64,000 nucleotides of DNA, taken from Methanomassiliicoccaceae archaeon (GTDB lineage Archaea > Thermoplasmatota > Thermoplasmata > Methanomassiliicoccales > Methanomassiliicoccaceae). Location of the stretch: the NCBI GenBank assembly GCA_963728405.1, contig CAVSJV010000017.1, positions 192,001-256,000 of the forward strand, read 5' to 3'. Below, piece after piece: positions 51,561 through 61,130 of the stretch; the first letter of the stretch is position 1, and each line of letters begins with the position of its first letter. The position numbers were made by a program, and so were the translations under genes. The notes under the pieces were generated by a model, which did no database searches, was not told the origin of the DNA, and worked only from the letters and a program-made list of their open reading frames with translations.

Positions 51561-52091
51561 TCAGATGAGCTTGACGCCCAGCAGGTAGAAGATCGCCAAG
51601 AAGATCAGGGCCCGGGTCACTCCAGAAAGGAAACAGACCACGGCGAACCATTTCATCTGGAAGACCCCCTTTTCGTTGAACACCGAGAAGAGGTACAGAG
51701 GGACGGTGTCGGGGAAAATGGGTATGCTCAGGATAATATAAAGGCCGACATAATGCAGCTTGGCCACCAACCATTCGGACCAGTTGACCAGATAATTGAA
51801 CCACCGCCACCGCGAGGACCACACCCTTAGCTTTTCGCCGACCGTCAGGCCGATATAGAATACCAGGATGGACCCGATCATCTTGCCCAGGCCCATGATG
51901 AGGGCCTTTACTAGGACGGGCGTCTCGGGGCTGAAGAGCAGGCCGATCTCCACCGGAATGGGCAAGATGATCGCTGCCAAGATGGCATAGATGAAAAAAA
52001 TGATGCTAAAGCTGAAAGGATCGCTCGCACTAACCTCCAGAAAGTGCACTAGGCCATCGATGAAAGAAGCGATCCCTGAGGCCAGGTCCAT
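51561..52091 (-). CDS. DedA/VTT-like membrane protein, paralog 1
   Basis: Hydrophobic; LPIPVEIGLLFSPETP, GK.IGS, LSIPIFPDTVPLYLF. Confidence 0.7.
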   Translation of the reverse strand: MDLASGIASFIDGLVHFLEVSASDPFSFSIIFFIYAILAAIILPIPVEIGLLFSPETPVLVKALIMGLGKMIGSILVFYIGLTVGEKLRVWSSRWRWFNYLVNWSEWLVAKLHYVGLYIILSIPIFPDTVPLYLFSVFNEKGVFQMKWFAVVCFLSGVTRALIFLAIFYLLGVKLI

Positions 52092-52214
52092 TTACGGCGA
52101 CACCTCCCTTCACGTAGAAATCATTTTGCTCCTCGTTTAGATATTATCCAGACATTTTTCGCGGTGGGCAATATATTTAAGTTAGATAGCAGATTACACC
52201 CGACAGGGAATCTA

Positions 52215-52829
52215 ATGGCGCCGAAGGCAAGCAGTGACAAGGACGACTGGATGAAGCAGTTGGACGCCGAGCTGGATAAGCAGACCCAGGACATCATGAA
52301 GGACGCGGCCGAGCTGCAAACCCAGATGGGCGCTGTCAACAAGACACTCATCTTCGATTTTGACCAGATCAAAGACCGGTTCGACAAGCAGAGGGTGTTC
52401 TTGACCATGGAGCCGCAGAGGAGCGTGTACGCTCAGCAGGACGATACCCAGGAGAAGTGGACATTCAAGCCCGACTTCCGGCCAGAAGAGGTCCGCAACA
52501 TTCAGCTCATCGACCGTACCCAGGAACAGGGTCGCATGGGCGACTCTCTAAAGGTATGGTACTACAATGACAACGGCGCTGTTCGTCTTCGTATGATCTT
52601 CGAGTACTGCGAGGGAGAGCATTACTACAAGTACGCCGGATGGAAGCGCGTGTTCGGCCAGTTCGTAGTGTATGATGCGGCCCTCAGCGATGTGGACATG
52701 GATGACATCCATGACAAGATGGCCATCGTGGTCAAGTCCTGGTTCGAGAGCCACCTTCGCCACAACCGCGAGGTACTCATCAGCATGCTCAAGGCCAACT
52801 TCGAGAAGGGCGAGACCTTCACCGAGTAG
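52215..52829 (+). CDS. Hypothetical soluble protein (204 aa)
   Basis: Strong coding-like codon bias, TATA-like TATTTAAG upstream, T-rich tract downstream. Confidence 0.8.
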   Translation: MAPKASSDKDDWMKQLDAELDKQTQDIMKDAAELQTQMGAVNKTLIFDFDQIKDRFDKQRVFLTMEPQRSVYAQQDDTQEKWTFKPDFRPEEVRNIQLIDRTQEQGRMGDSLKVWYYNDNGAVRLRMIFEYCEGEHYYKYAGWKRVFGQFVVYDAALSDVDMDDIHDKMAIVVKSWFESHLRHNREVLISMLKANFEKGETFTE

Positions 52830-53227
52830 GCGCTTTAGCTTTTCAAACCCTTTCCAGATCCTTGTTTTTATATTGCACTTTCACTCGTTTTTCCTCTGAC
52901 ATTCGTTGCTGGCCACTCCCGACCGGTAAGCACTTTCGGAACGCCCCGAAGCATCCTTTTGACTTATCCGAGCAAGTAGTTCTCGGCGAAACGAGGGGGG
53001 AATGAAAACGAGCACTTTCAGTTACCTCCCCTCAAGACATATATATACTCCTCCGCAATCGCGAGAATGTACGGTCGGAACGATCGGAATTCACGCTCGT
53101 GGACATCGTGTAAGACCTCCTCCGAGAGGCGATGGTGGATGAAGCAAGAAGCTCTGTCCGAAAGGGCAGTGTAGTTCACTAATAGCGGATATTGGTAAGC
53201 CCTGACTTCATCAATCGAGGTTTTGAC

Positions 53228-54580
53228 ATGATGAACAAAGAAGAGATCGCACCCCATGTGAATGAAATTGCCAGGGTGCTGGAAGGCAAGGTAAAGGAGC
53301 AGGATATCGAGAAAGACCTGGACAACTACCTCAACGTATACCGGATGTCCCTGGAAGCCTCCAAGCGCCACATCGTGCGCAAGTACGGCGGCGACCCCAA
53401 CGCCCTGACCAAGGGCGAGAGAAAGATGCTCTCGCAGCTCGGCCTGAGCGAACAGAGCGTGGACCTCTTGGTGAGGGTCATGTCCTCCAACACCCGCGAG
53501 GTGATGGTGGGCGGGAACCCCAAGACCATCCAGTCCGGAATACTTGCTGATGAGGCGGGCAACACCGTCAAGTTCACGGTGTGGGACGTTTCCAAGGCCG
53601 ATCTGAAGGCCGGGGAGAACTACCTCATCCGCTACGCCTACACTAAGGAGTGGAGCGGCCAGCCAGAGGTGCATTTGGGCAACCGAGTGGTGATCGAGCT
53701 GCGCCCCCAGGACGAGGTTAAGGTCCCCGACAGCGTCACCGTCCCCCTGGGCAGTGGCGGCAGTTACTCCGCGCCCATCGTGGCCAAGATCTCCGAGCTG
53801 CGGGAGAACATGAACAACATCACCTTGACCGGGAGGATCCTCTCGCTGAAGCCGAAGGAAGTAGAGACTCCCTCGGGCAAGAAGGCCATGTTCACCGGCA
53901 TCATCGCTGATGAGACCGGCAAGGTAGAGTTCACCGCCTGGCATGACTTCGCGCTCAAGGAAAACGAGGTCATCACCATCACCAATGCCTACGTGAAGGG
54001 CTGGAAGGGCATTCCCCGGCTAAGCTTCGGGGAGAGGGGGCAGGTCACCAGGCCCAAGGTCAAGTTCCCCACCGAGGCCGAGCTCTCGCAAGCGGTCAAG
54101 AAGAGCATTGAAGAGCTGGAGCGGTCCGGAGGGGCATCGGACGTGGTGGTCACGGGAACGGTCGTGGACATTAAGAAGGGCACAGGTCTGATCTTCCGTT
54201 GCCCAGAGTGCAACCGGGTGGTGCAGAAGGGGCTGTGCCAGGTGCATGGCAAGGTCCAGCAGGTCCCGGACCTCAGGATCAAGGTCGTGGTGGACGACGG
54301 GTCTGCGGCCATCACCGCGATCATGAAAAAGGAGGTTACCGAGCGCATCACTGGCATCACCTTGAAGGAGGCGCTGGATGAGGCCAGGGAGACCATGGAC
54401 CCCGAGGCAGCCGGTCATCGTTTCGAAGAGAAGCTTCTGGCCAAGCCGATCGAGCTGCGCGGCAATGTCATCTCTGATGAATATGGTCTGTCGATGAACG
54501 TGTCGGAAGCGAGAATCGTCGTCCCGGACGTCAAGACCGAGGCTGAAGCCCTCCTTAGCAAGATCGAGGTGGTCGGATGA
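53228..54580 (+). CDS. rpa: Replication protein A large subunit (multi-OB-fold, Zn finger)
   Basis: G.LADE.G..KFTVWD and GIIADETG.VEFTAW OB folds; GLIFRCPECNR...C..HG. Confidence 0.9.
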   Translation: MMNKEEIAPHVNEIARVLEGKVKEQDIEKDLDNYLNVYRMSLEASKRHIVRKYGGDPNALTKGERKMLSQLGLSEQSVDLLVRVMSSNTREVMVGGNPKTIQSGILADEAGNTVKFTVWDVSKADLKAGENYLIRYAYTKEWSGQPEVHLGNRVVIELRPQDEVKVPDSVTVPLGSGGSYSAPIVAKISELRENMNNITLTGRILSLKPKEVETPSGKKAMFTGIIADETGKVEFTAWHDFALKENEVITITNAYVKGWKGIPRLSFGERGQVTRPKVKFPTEAELSQAVKKSIEELERSGGASDVVVTGTVVDIKKGTGLIFRCPECNRVVQKGLCQVHGKVQQVPDLRIKVVVDDGSAAITAIMKKEVTERITGITLKEALDEARETMDPEAAGHRFEEKLLAKPIELRGNVISDEYGLSMNVSEARIVVPDVKTEAEALLSKIEVVG

Positions 54581-55464
54581 AGACCAGGGAAGTAGCGTGG
54601 CGGGTGTTCGCCTCGGAGTACAATGCCTCCACCTTGGAGATCAAAGGCGAGGGGGAGAAGGCGCCGTCCTATGTGGTCACACCCCTCGGCGCCATGGTGA
54701 ACCGCATGTTCGTCGTCGGCCTGCTGACCGACCTCCAGAACCTGGGCACCGAGCAGGAACCGTACTGGCGCGCCCTCCTATCCGACGGGATGAGCAAGTA
54801 CTACCTCTTCGCCGGGAAGTACAACCCCGAGGCGACGGTAGTACTATCGAAGCTTCAACCGCCGGCCTACGTAGCGGTGGTGGGCAAGAGCCGCACCTAC
54901 TCCCCAGAGGATGGGAAGATCTTCGTGTCTGTCCGTCCGGAGAAGATCGTGGCCGTGGACGAGGGGGTCCGCGACAACTGGGTGTTGGAGACCGCGAGGT
55001 CCACGCTGCGACGCATCGACTGTGTCGAGGAGGCCCTCCAGATGGAGAACCCCACCATCGAGGACCTTGTCAAGCTTGGATACAACCAGGCGCTGGCTGA
55101 CGGAGTGGTCAGGGCGCTGCCGCACTACAAGGATGTGGACCTGAATCGCTATCGCGGCATGGTCCTAGAAGCTCTTGAGCAGTTGCTGCCGGAGCGTTCC
55201 GGCGATCTGCCCATCCCCGCCGATGCCCCTTCTGCCGGCCCGGAGGAGATCGATGATGAGCAGGATGATGAGGACAAGGAAGAGGTCGTCCTCAAGCTCA
55301 TCGACAAGCTCGACAAGAACAAGAAGGGCGCCCCCCTGGCCGACCTGATCAAGGAAGCGGCCAAGGTCGGGATAGGTGAGGCCGAGCTAGAGGAGATCAA
55401 CAACTCCCTGTTGGACAAGGGCCTGATCTACGAGCCGACCATCGGCAAGATGAAGCGCATCTGA
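54577..55464 (+). CDS. RPA-associated/RPA32-like subunit with C-terminal winged helix
   Basis: REVAWRVFA.E, P.YVVTPLGA.VNR.FVVG.LT, VRPE; C-terminal LLDKGLIYEP..G. Confidence 0.88.
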   Translation: MKTREVAWRVFASEYNASTLEIKGEGEKAPSYVVTPLGAMVNRMFVVGLLTDLQNLGTEQEPYWRALLSDGMSKYYLFAGKYNPEATVVLSKLQPPAYVAVVGKSRTYSPEDGKIFVSVRPEKIVAVDEGVRDNWVLETARSTLRRIDCVEEALQMENPTIEDLVKLGYNQALADGVVRALPHYKDVDLNRYRGMVLEALEQLLPERSGDLPIPADAPSAGPEEIDDEQDDEDKEEVVLKLIDKLDKNKKGAPLADLIKEAAKVGIGEAELEEINNSLLDKGLIYEPTIGKMKRI

Positions 55465-55533
55465 GCGCTCATCAAATCTTTTTCTTATTTCTATTATTTA
55501 AATAAATAGAAAGGGAATGTGAAAGGGTTTGTT

Positions 55534-56424
55534 CTAGATCCTCTGAGTTGCGCTCACCAGGGCGTCCTCGAACTCCCACTCGTTCTTAAAGTGCTCGTTG
55601 AGGTCCTTGATCAGCACGTAGGCCCAGTAGATGGCGAACAGGCTGATGATGATGGTGATGATGATGTAGAGCAAGAAGCTCCTCTCCTTGACCGGCCTCC
55701 ACATCGGGGGCATGATGTTCCCCATGCCGACCTGGCTACCTGCATATTGGGCGTTCTGGGCGAAGGCGTAGAACCTGCGGTCATGCGCCGGGGTAGAAGT
55801 TCGTGAGCCAGTAGCCGATGAGGATATAGGCTACGATATTGATCACCGGGATGATGCATAGGATGGTCCACAGCAGGGCGTCCTGGGGCTTCTCGGTGGC
55901 CAGTCCTTCGCGGTCGATGCCTTCCATGGCCTGGGTGTACTGGTAGACCTGGTATCCCGCCCCCTTCTCCTCGCCCTTGAACCTGAAGTAGTCGATAATT
56001 GACCGGCGTAGAGCAGCCTCCCTGGCCAGGTGCAGATTATGCCTCTTCAGCAGCTTGTAGATCAGCAGCAGGACGATGATAGCTAGCCACGATAGCCACA
56101 GCCGATCGAGACGAAAATCCGGCGAATAATTGACGAAGATATCCTAGGATGCTGACTCCGAATGATCAAGAGGACGGCGATGATCGGCAGCAAGACCCAC
56201 CACTCGGGGATGATCTCATCGGTGTGGCCTCTCTGGCTGACGGCCTCGATGATCCTCTGCTTGGACTGTTCGGACGTCTGCCAGCTCTGGGCAGGCATGG
56301 GTCCGGGGATCGGCGCCGGTACGGCCTGAGGCATGCTCAGGTCATTGCCGCAGTTGGCGCAGTACCTGGTGCCAGGCTGGACGGGGGCATTGCACTTCGG
56401 ACAATAGCTAATGTCATTGCTCAA
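55534..56424 (-). CDS. Zinc-ribbon plus DUF4234-like membrane protein, about 3 frameshifts
   Basis: CPKC...YCANCG; hand-joined frames give LLIYKLLKRHNLHLARE...RSFLLYIIITII..FAIYW.Y.LIKD.N.HF. Confidence 0.7.
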
Positions 56425-56442
56425 GCTTTGACCTCCTTGATA

Positions 56443-57300
56443 TTATAATAGAAATTGAAATAGAACAAGCCGGCTTAACTTTATGCTTAACGATGTGATC
56501 AAGATAGCGGCGTAACCGACCACCTCGGTCATGGGGACTACATCACCGGAGGTAGCGTAGTTCAATAGCCTGGCATGCTGGCCACCGCAAGCCAGCATCG
56601 TGGTCATGACCGGCCCGTAGCCGCACATGGACACGTCCTTCCGGATCACCGTGTCATATACGCCTTCTGCGTCCATGGCTAGGATCTTTTCGATCACCGC
56701 GTGGTCCTGCTTCCTGGCCTCGGCCGCCGGCACATAATGGGAGAAGTCGGTGGACGCAATGAACACGACGTCCTTTCCTTTACAGGCATTGATCAGTTCC
56801 TCGGCCACCTCTTTGGCCGTCTCGAAGTCCTGGGCGGCCATGGCCACCGGAACGAACTTGGCCTTGTCGCTGAAGAACTGGATGAACGGTAGCTGGACCT
56901 CGATGGAGTGCTCATAACGGTGCGCCAGCGGATCGTCCGTCACCAGGTGGCCCAGGCGGCCCACGATGTCCTGATCTATCTCGACACGGCCAAGGGGGGT
57001 CTCGAAATCCTCGGTGGTCATGGCCACCGGCGAACCGAAGGCGCTATGGTTCGGCCCCAGGACGACGAACGTCTCGGGGAAACCATCCTTGGCCAGAGCA
57101 GCATAGGCATGAGCGGCCACCGGCCCGGAGTAGGTATAACCGGCATGAGGGACCACCATGCCGACGATGTCACGCGGACCGTTCTCGTTCAGCATAGGTG
57201 CTCCGCCGACATAGGATTCGAAGAGACGCTCGATCTCCTGTCTGACCTGCTTCTCGCTTCGAGGATAGAATTTTCCTGCCACGGCCGGAGCTCTCATCAC
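56443..57300 (-). CDS. MEMO1 family protein (AmmeMemoRadiSam protein B)
   Basis: RAPAVAG.FYP, PHAGY.YSG, GPNH, EHSIEVQLPF, ASTDFSHY, SMCGYGP, VVGYAA. Confidence 0.92.
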   Translation of the reverse strand: MMRAPAVAGKFYPRSEKQVRQEIERLFESYVGGAPMLNENGPRDIVGMVVPHAGYTYSGPVAAHAYAALAKDGFPETFVVLGPNHSAFGSPVAMTTEDFETPLGRVEIDQDIVGRLGHLVTDDPLAHRYEHSIEVQLPFIQFFSDKAKFVPVAMAAQDFETAKEVAEELINACKGKDVVFIASTDFSHYVPAAEARKQDHAVIEKILAMDAEGVYDTVIRKDVSMCGYGPVMTTMLACGGQHARLLNYATSGDVVPMTEVVGYAAILITSLSIKLSRLVLFQFLL

Positions 57301-57399
57301 GATCGAGTGAAATGAGGAGACCGTATAATATTTCTAATTAGTCAAGGACGCCCCCGTTCGAGAGGGATTTGTCGCTCCACATTATACTGACGCGTCATG

Positions 57400-57766
57400 A
57401 CGGGCAACCATCGGCGGCTGGACGGTGCAGCTGTGGAACGAGGACGGGACCGTCCTGCTGAGGTCAGTGACCTCCCGCGGAACCGGGGGGACTTCTTCTT
57501 TAGAACGTGCGCATCGGCGACTACCCGATCAAGGAGATCACGCCCAATGAGTACAGTAGCATATCTCCGGCCTCGGTGCCAGTGTACGTCGCCTATGGTT
57601 CATCCAACTATGCGGGTTCACCAATCAGCAAGGGGCCATGGAGTCCGCCACTACTGGAACAATGTTTCCTGGTGTCGGTTCTTCCGCCCTCCTGTTGCTG
57701 GTGCCGCTGCTACTGTACGTTCCGGTGGTCCTCCTCCGGCCGCGCAGGAACAGGAACTCGGCCTGA
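57400..57766 (+). pseudogene. Remnant of a cell-surface protein (CnaB/SdrD-B-like domain plus C-terminal TM anchor)
   Basis: Joined frames: GGWTVQLWNEDGTVLLRSVTS / GDFFF / NVRIGDYPIKEITPNEY...VYVAYG / FTNQQ...LLLLVPLLLYVPVVLLRPRRNRNSA*; no clear start. Confidence 0.55.
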
Positions 57767-57934
57767 ACCAAAGCCACAATGAGGGGCGAAAGCCCTCCTT
57801 TCCTTCACTTTTTTTCTATTCCACCCAGTAGCTGTGGGCTTGGAGTATGGCGAGCAATGGTAGCACAGATGGAACGATAATATAGAAAAGAAGAATTGGT
57901 CTCGCCCAACAAAGGGACGAGATAAAAGGTGTTT

Positions 57935-58546
57935 TCAAAGGGACGCTTCGAAATCATCCATGGTGAGCTTGAACTCATCATAGGTCTTGATCAGGCCCTT
58001 CTCCTTGAGGATCTCCCTGGTTAGCAGCCAGTAGACGCATGCCAGCGCCCGGCGGCCCTTGTTGTTGGTAGGGATGACCAGGTCGACGTTCCTGGTCTCG
58101 TTGTTAGCGTCGCACAGGGCGACAATGGGGACCCCGATGTTCATGGCCTCAGCGACGGCCTGCTGGTCGGCGGCGGGGTCGGTCACCAGGAGCACTTCGG
58201 GCTCGAGGTACTCGGGGAGCATGGGGTTGGTCATGGTGCCGGGAACGAACCGTCCGGCGAAGACCTTGGTCCCGATGGTCTTGGCGAAGACCTTGGCCGG
58301 CTTCTGACCGTACTGCCTTGCCGACGACACCAGGATGTGGTCTCCAGGGAAGCGGGCCAGGAACTTGGCCGCGGCCCGGATGCGGGCGTCGGTCTGCTTG
58401 ACATCCATTACGTATAATCCGTCTGACCTGACCTTGAAGATGAACTTCTTCATGTCAGCGCTCTTCTGTTGGGTACCAATGTGGACGCCCGAGGTCAGGT
58501 AAACATCCTCGGGGACCAGAAGCTCGGTCTTGATTTCATCGCTCAT
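57935..58546 (-). CDS. rps2: 30S ribosomal protein S2 (uS2)
   Basis: [29 protein letters not shown]. Confidence 0.97.
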   Translation of the reverse strand: MSDEIKTELLVPEDVYLTSGVHIGTQQKSADMKKFIFKVRSDGLYVMDVKQTDARIRAAAKFLARFPGDHILVSSARQYGQKPAKVFAKTIGTKVFAGRFVPGTMTNPMLPEYLEPEVLLVTDPAADQQAVAEAMNIGVPIVALCDANNETRNVDLVIPTNNKGRRALACVYWLLTREILKEKGLIKTYDEFKLTMDDFEASL

Positions 58547-58555
58547 CTAAAAACC

Positions 58556-58729
58556 TCACGTGTCTCTTTTCACGGTGATAGGGAGCACATCCCTATCGTA
58601 TTCGAGCCTGGCAATCTCCACCGGGTCGATCATTCCCTCGGGTATATCGATAAGGACGGGCGCGCCTAAGGATACCTGCAAAGACCTGGCACCGATGATA
58701 CGCGCCTTCTCAAATCTAGTGTATTTCAT
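58556..58729 (-). CDS. rpoK: RNA polymerase subunit K (Rpo6)
   Basis: [14 protein letters not shown]...GAP, LPITV.R. Confidence 0.95.
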   Translation of the reverse strand: MKYTRFEKARIIGARSLQVSLGAPVLIDIPEGMIDPVEIARLEYDRDVLPITVKRDT

Positions 58730-59081
58730 AATGGCACCACGCGGGAGTGGCCTGATATTAACAGTCCGCTTATAAACCTTTTGCAAGGTGTAGAATCGAC
58801 ATCCAGATACAGATTTGCCATGCTTCTCATTCCATTTTTTTACACATCACCTATACCAATTTTTGGGTGTGACCAATATGTTTGGTAATCACACGATAAA
58901 GGAAGACCCTCATAAGCCTTTTCAATGCTAGGTGAGGAGAAGCACCGGCCCCCATCGACCACCTCAAATGACGATCGCTCTACAAATAAGCGTACTCTCA
59001 GTATGAAATCAGTCCACGGGCCGGCCTGTGTGGCTCGATGATGTAGCGATCCGCGCTCAAGGTTTTTGGAAATGACCTAAG

Positions 59082-59573
59082 TCACTTATTCATCTTTCCC
59101 CGCAGGTACGGTACCAGGCCGCCCCCTTCAAGGATGGCCAGTAGGAAGTCGGGAGGCGGCACGAACCGCATCGTCTCACCGGTGCGCTCGTTCTTGATCG
59201 TTCCCTTGGCCAGGTCGATGACGACTGTATCTCCGTGGCTCAAACAGCGGGCGGCCTCGGGGCAGATGATGATGGGCAGCCCCACGTTGATGGCGTTACG
59301 GTAGAAGATGCGGGCGACGCTGCCGGCGATGATCGCACCGACCCCCGCCGCCTTCAACGCCAACGGCGCCTGCTCTCTCGAAGAGCCGCAGCCAAAGTTG
59401 CGTCCAGCAACGATGATGTCGCCCTTCTGTACGCTCCGGGCGAAGGCAGGGTCGACGTCCTCCATGGCATGGGCCGCTAGATGAGCAAGGTCGTAGTTAT
59501 CGAGGTATCGGCCCGGTATGATCAGATCGGTGTTGATGTGATCGCCGTACTTCCAGATCATTCCACTGAGCAT
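59082..59573 (-). CDS. Isopropylmalate isomerase/homoaconitase small subunit
   Basis: GDHINTDLIIPGRYL, GRNFGCGSSREQA, ARIFYRNAINVGLP, GGL. Confidence 0.9.
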   Translation of the reverse strand: MLSGMIWKYGDHINTDLIIPGRYLDNYDLAHLAAHAMEDVDPAFARSVQKGDIIVAGRNFGCGSSREQAPLALKAAGVGAIIAGSVARIFYRNAINVGLPIIICPEAARCLSHGDTVVIDLAKGTIKNERTGETMRFVPPPDFLLAILEGGGLVPYLRGKMNK

Positions 59574-59574
59574 C

Positions 59575-60830
59575 TCAAAGCCTCCGGGGGTCGGTTATCT
59601 CGCCCTTCAGCGCGCTCGCCGCCACCGTCTCCGGGGAAGCGAGATACACCTCTGCGTTCGGGGAGCCCATCCGTCCGCGGAAGTTCCGGTTGGTGGTGGA
59701 GATACATCTCTCGCCGGAGGCCAGAAGGCCCTGGTGCCCTCCCAGGCAAGGTCCGCACCCGGGGTTCACGATGACCGCTCCGGACGTGGCCAACGAGGCG
59801 AGCAATCCTTTCTCCGCCGCCTCGATATATACCTCCCTCGATGCTGGCACCACGATGAACCGGACATCCCGGGACACCTTGCGACCGCGCAGCAATGCCT
59901 CGGCCGCGGCAAGATCCTCTAGTCGCCCGTTGGTGCAGGATCCTAACACGGCCTGGTCGATCTTCGATTCCCTCGACCTTGCGAACGTTGACCACATTGT
60001 CGACCTGGTGCGGACAAGCGACCTGGGGCTGTAGCCCTTCGACGTCCATTTCAACCTCCTCGTCGACCTCGGCGCCGTGCTCCCAGAAGTTGCCTTCCCA
60101 CTTCTTGTCGGTGCGCTGCGACAACCAGTCAAAGGTCTTACGGTCCGGAAAGCAGACTCCGGCCTTGGCCCCCATTTCGATGCTCATGTTGCTGAGTACC
60201 ATCCTCGAGGCAATGCTCATGCGGCAGATGGTGTCGCCGACGAACTCGACGCACTTGTAGTCTGCCCCATCCGCGCCAAGGGCTCCGATGAGGTGCAGGA
60301 TGACATCCTTCGATGACACATGGGAGTTAAGCTTGCCCCGCAGGTGGATGCGCATCGTCTCCGGCACTTTGAGCCAGATCTCGCCCGTTGCCCAGACCGC
60401 GGCCATCTCGGTAGCGCCGATCCCGGTGGCAAAAGCTCCCAGCGCCCCATAGGTGGTGGTGTGGGAGTCGGTGCCGACGATCAACATGTTCGGAAGGACA
60501 TGTCCCTTTTCCGGCAAGACCTGGTGACAGATGCCCTCGCCCAGATCGTAGAAGAAGGGTAGTTGTTCTTCCCTGGCGAACGTACGGACCTCCTTGTGCC
60601 CCTCCGCCGTCTTGATGGTGTTGGCGGGGATGCGATGGTCAAAGAGGATCACTACCTTGCTGGGGTCCCAGATACGTCTTCGCGCCCATATCCCGGAACG
60701 ATCTCAATACCAAAGCGGAGTTCTCGTGGGACATGGCCAGGTCCACCTTGGCGTTAACGATGTCCCCGGTGCACGCGCGCCTACCGCTGGCGCGGGAGAG
60801 AACCTTCTGGGCAAAGGTCATGGACGGCAT
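59575..60830 (-). CDS. Isopropylmalate isomerase/homoaconitase large subunit, frameshifts near 60677 and 59963
   Basis: [49 protein letters not shown]. Confidence 0.9.
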
Positions 60831-61070
60831 CGGCCTTGCTAAGCACTGTTCGGATAAATCTCTATCGTCACCATTGACGTTCGAAGCGATGGTGCTGGCC
60901 TGGGCCGACAGGCTTATCTGGCCCGAATTACAATAGTGAAAATATCTTGGTGGCCCTCGCCTTATATGAACAGATAATTGATAAACTTCGAAAAATCGCT
61001 ATAAGAGCATGGTTTCTCGTTTTATTACTATTTCAATGCGTAATCCATCTACGATTGTCGAAGGTGAAAT

Positions 61071-61090
61071 TCGATAATGATTTATATCGA
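61071..61090. promoter_or_regulatory. Inverted repeat overlapping the putative acs TATA box
   Basis: TCGATA-n8-TATCGA overlapping TTTATA at 61081-61086. Confidence 0.4.
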
Positions 61091-61130
61091 TTCATATTTC
61101 CTTACCTCGTAAGGTTCAGGAGAATTTGGC

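Noticed and set aside
58790-59080. Imperfect palindrome GTGTGA...TCACAC (58867-58894) and possible C/D sRNA
   Set aside because: Imperfect, single copy, no canonical C and D box pair.
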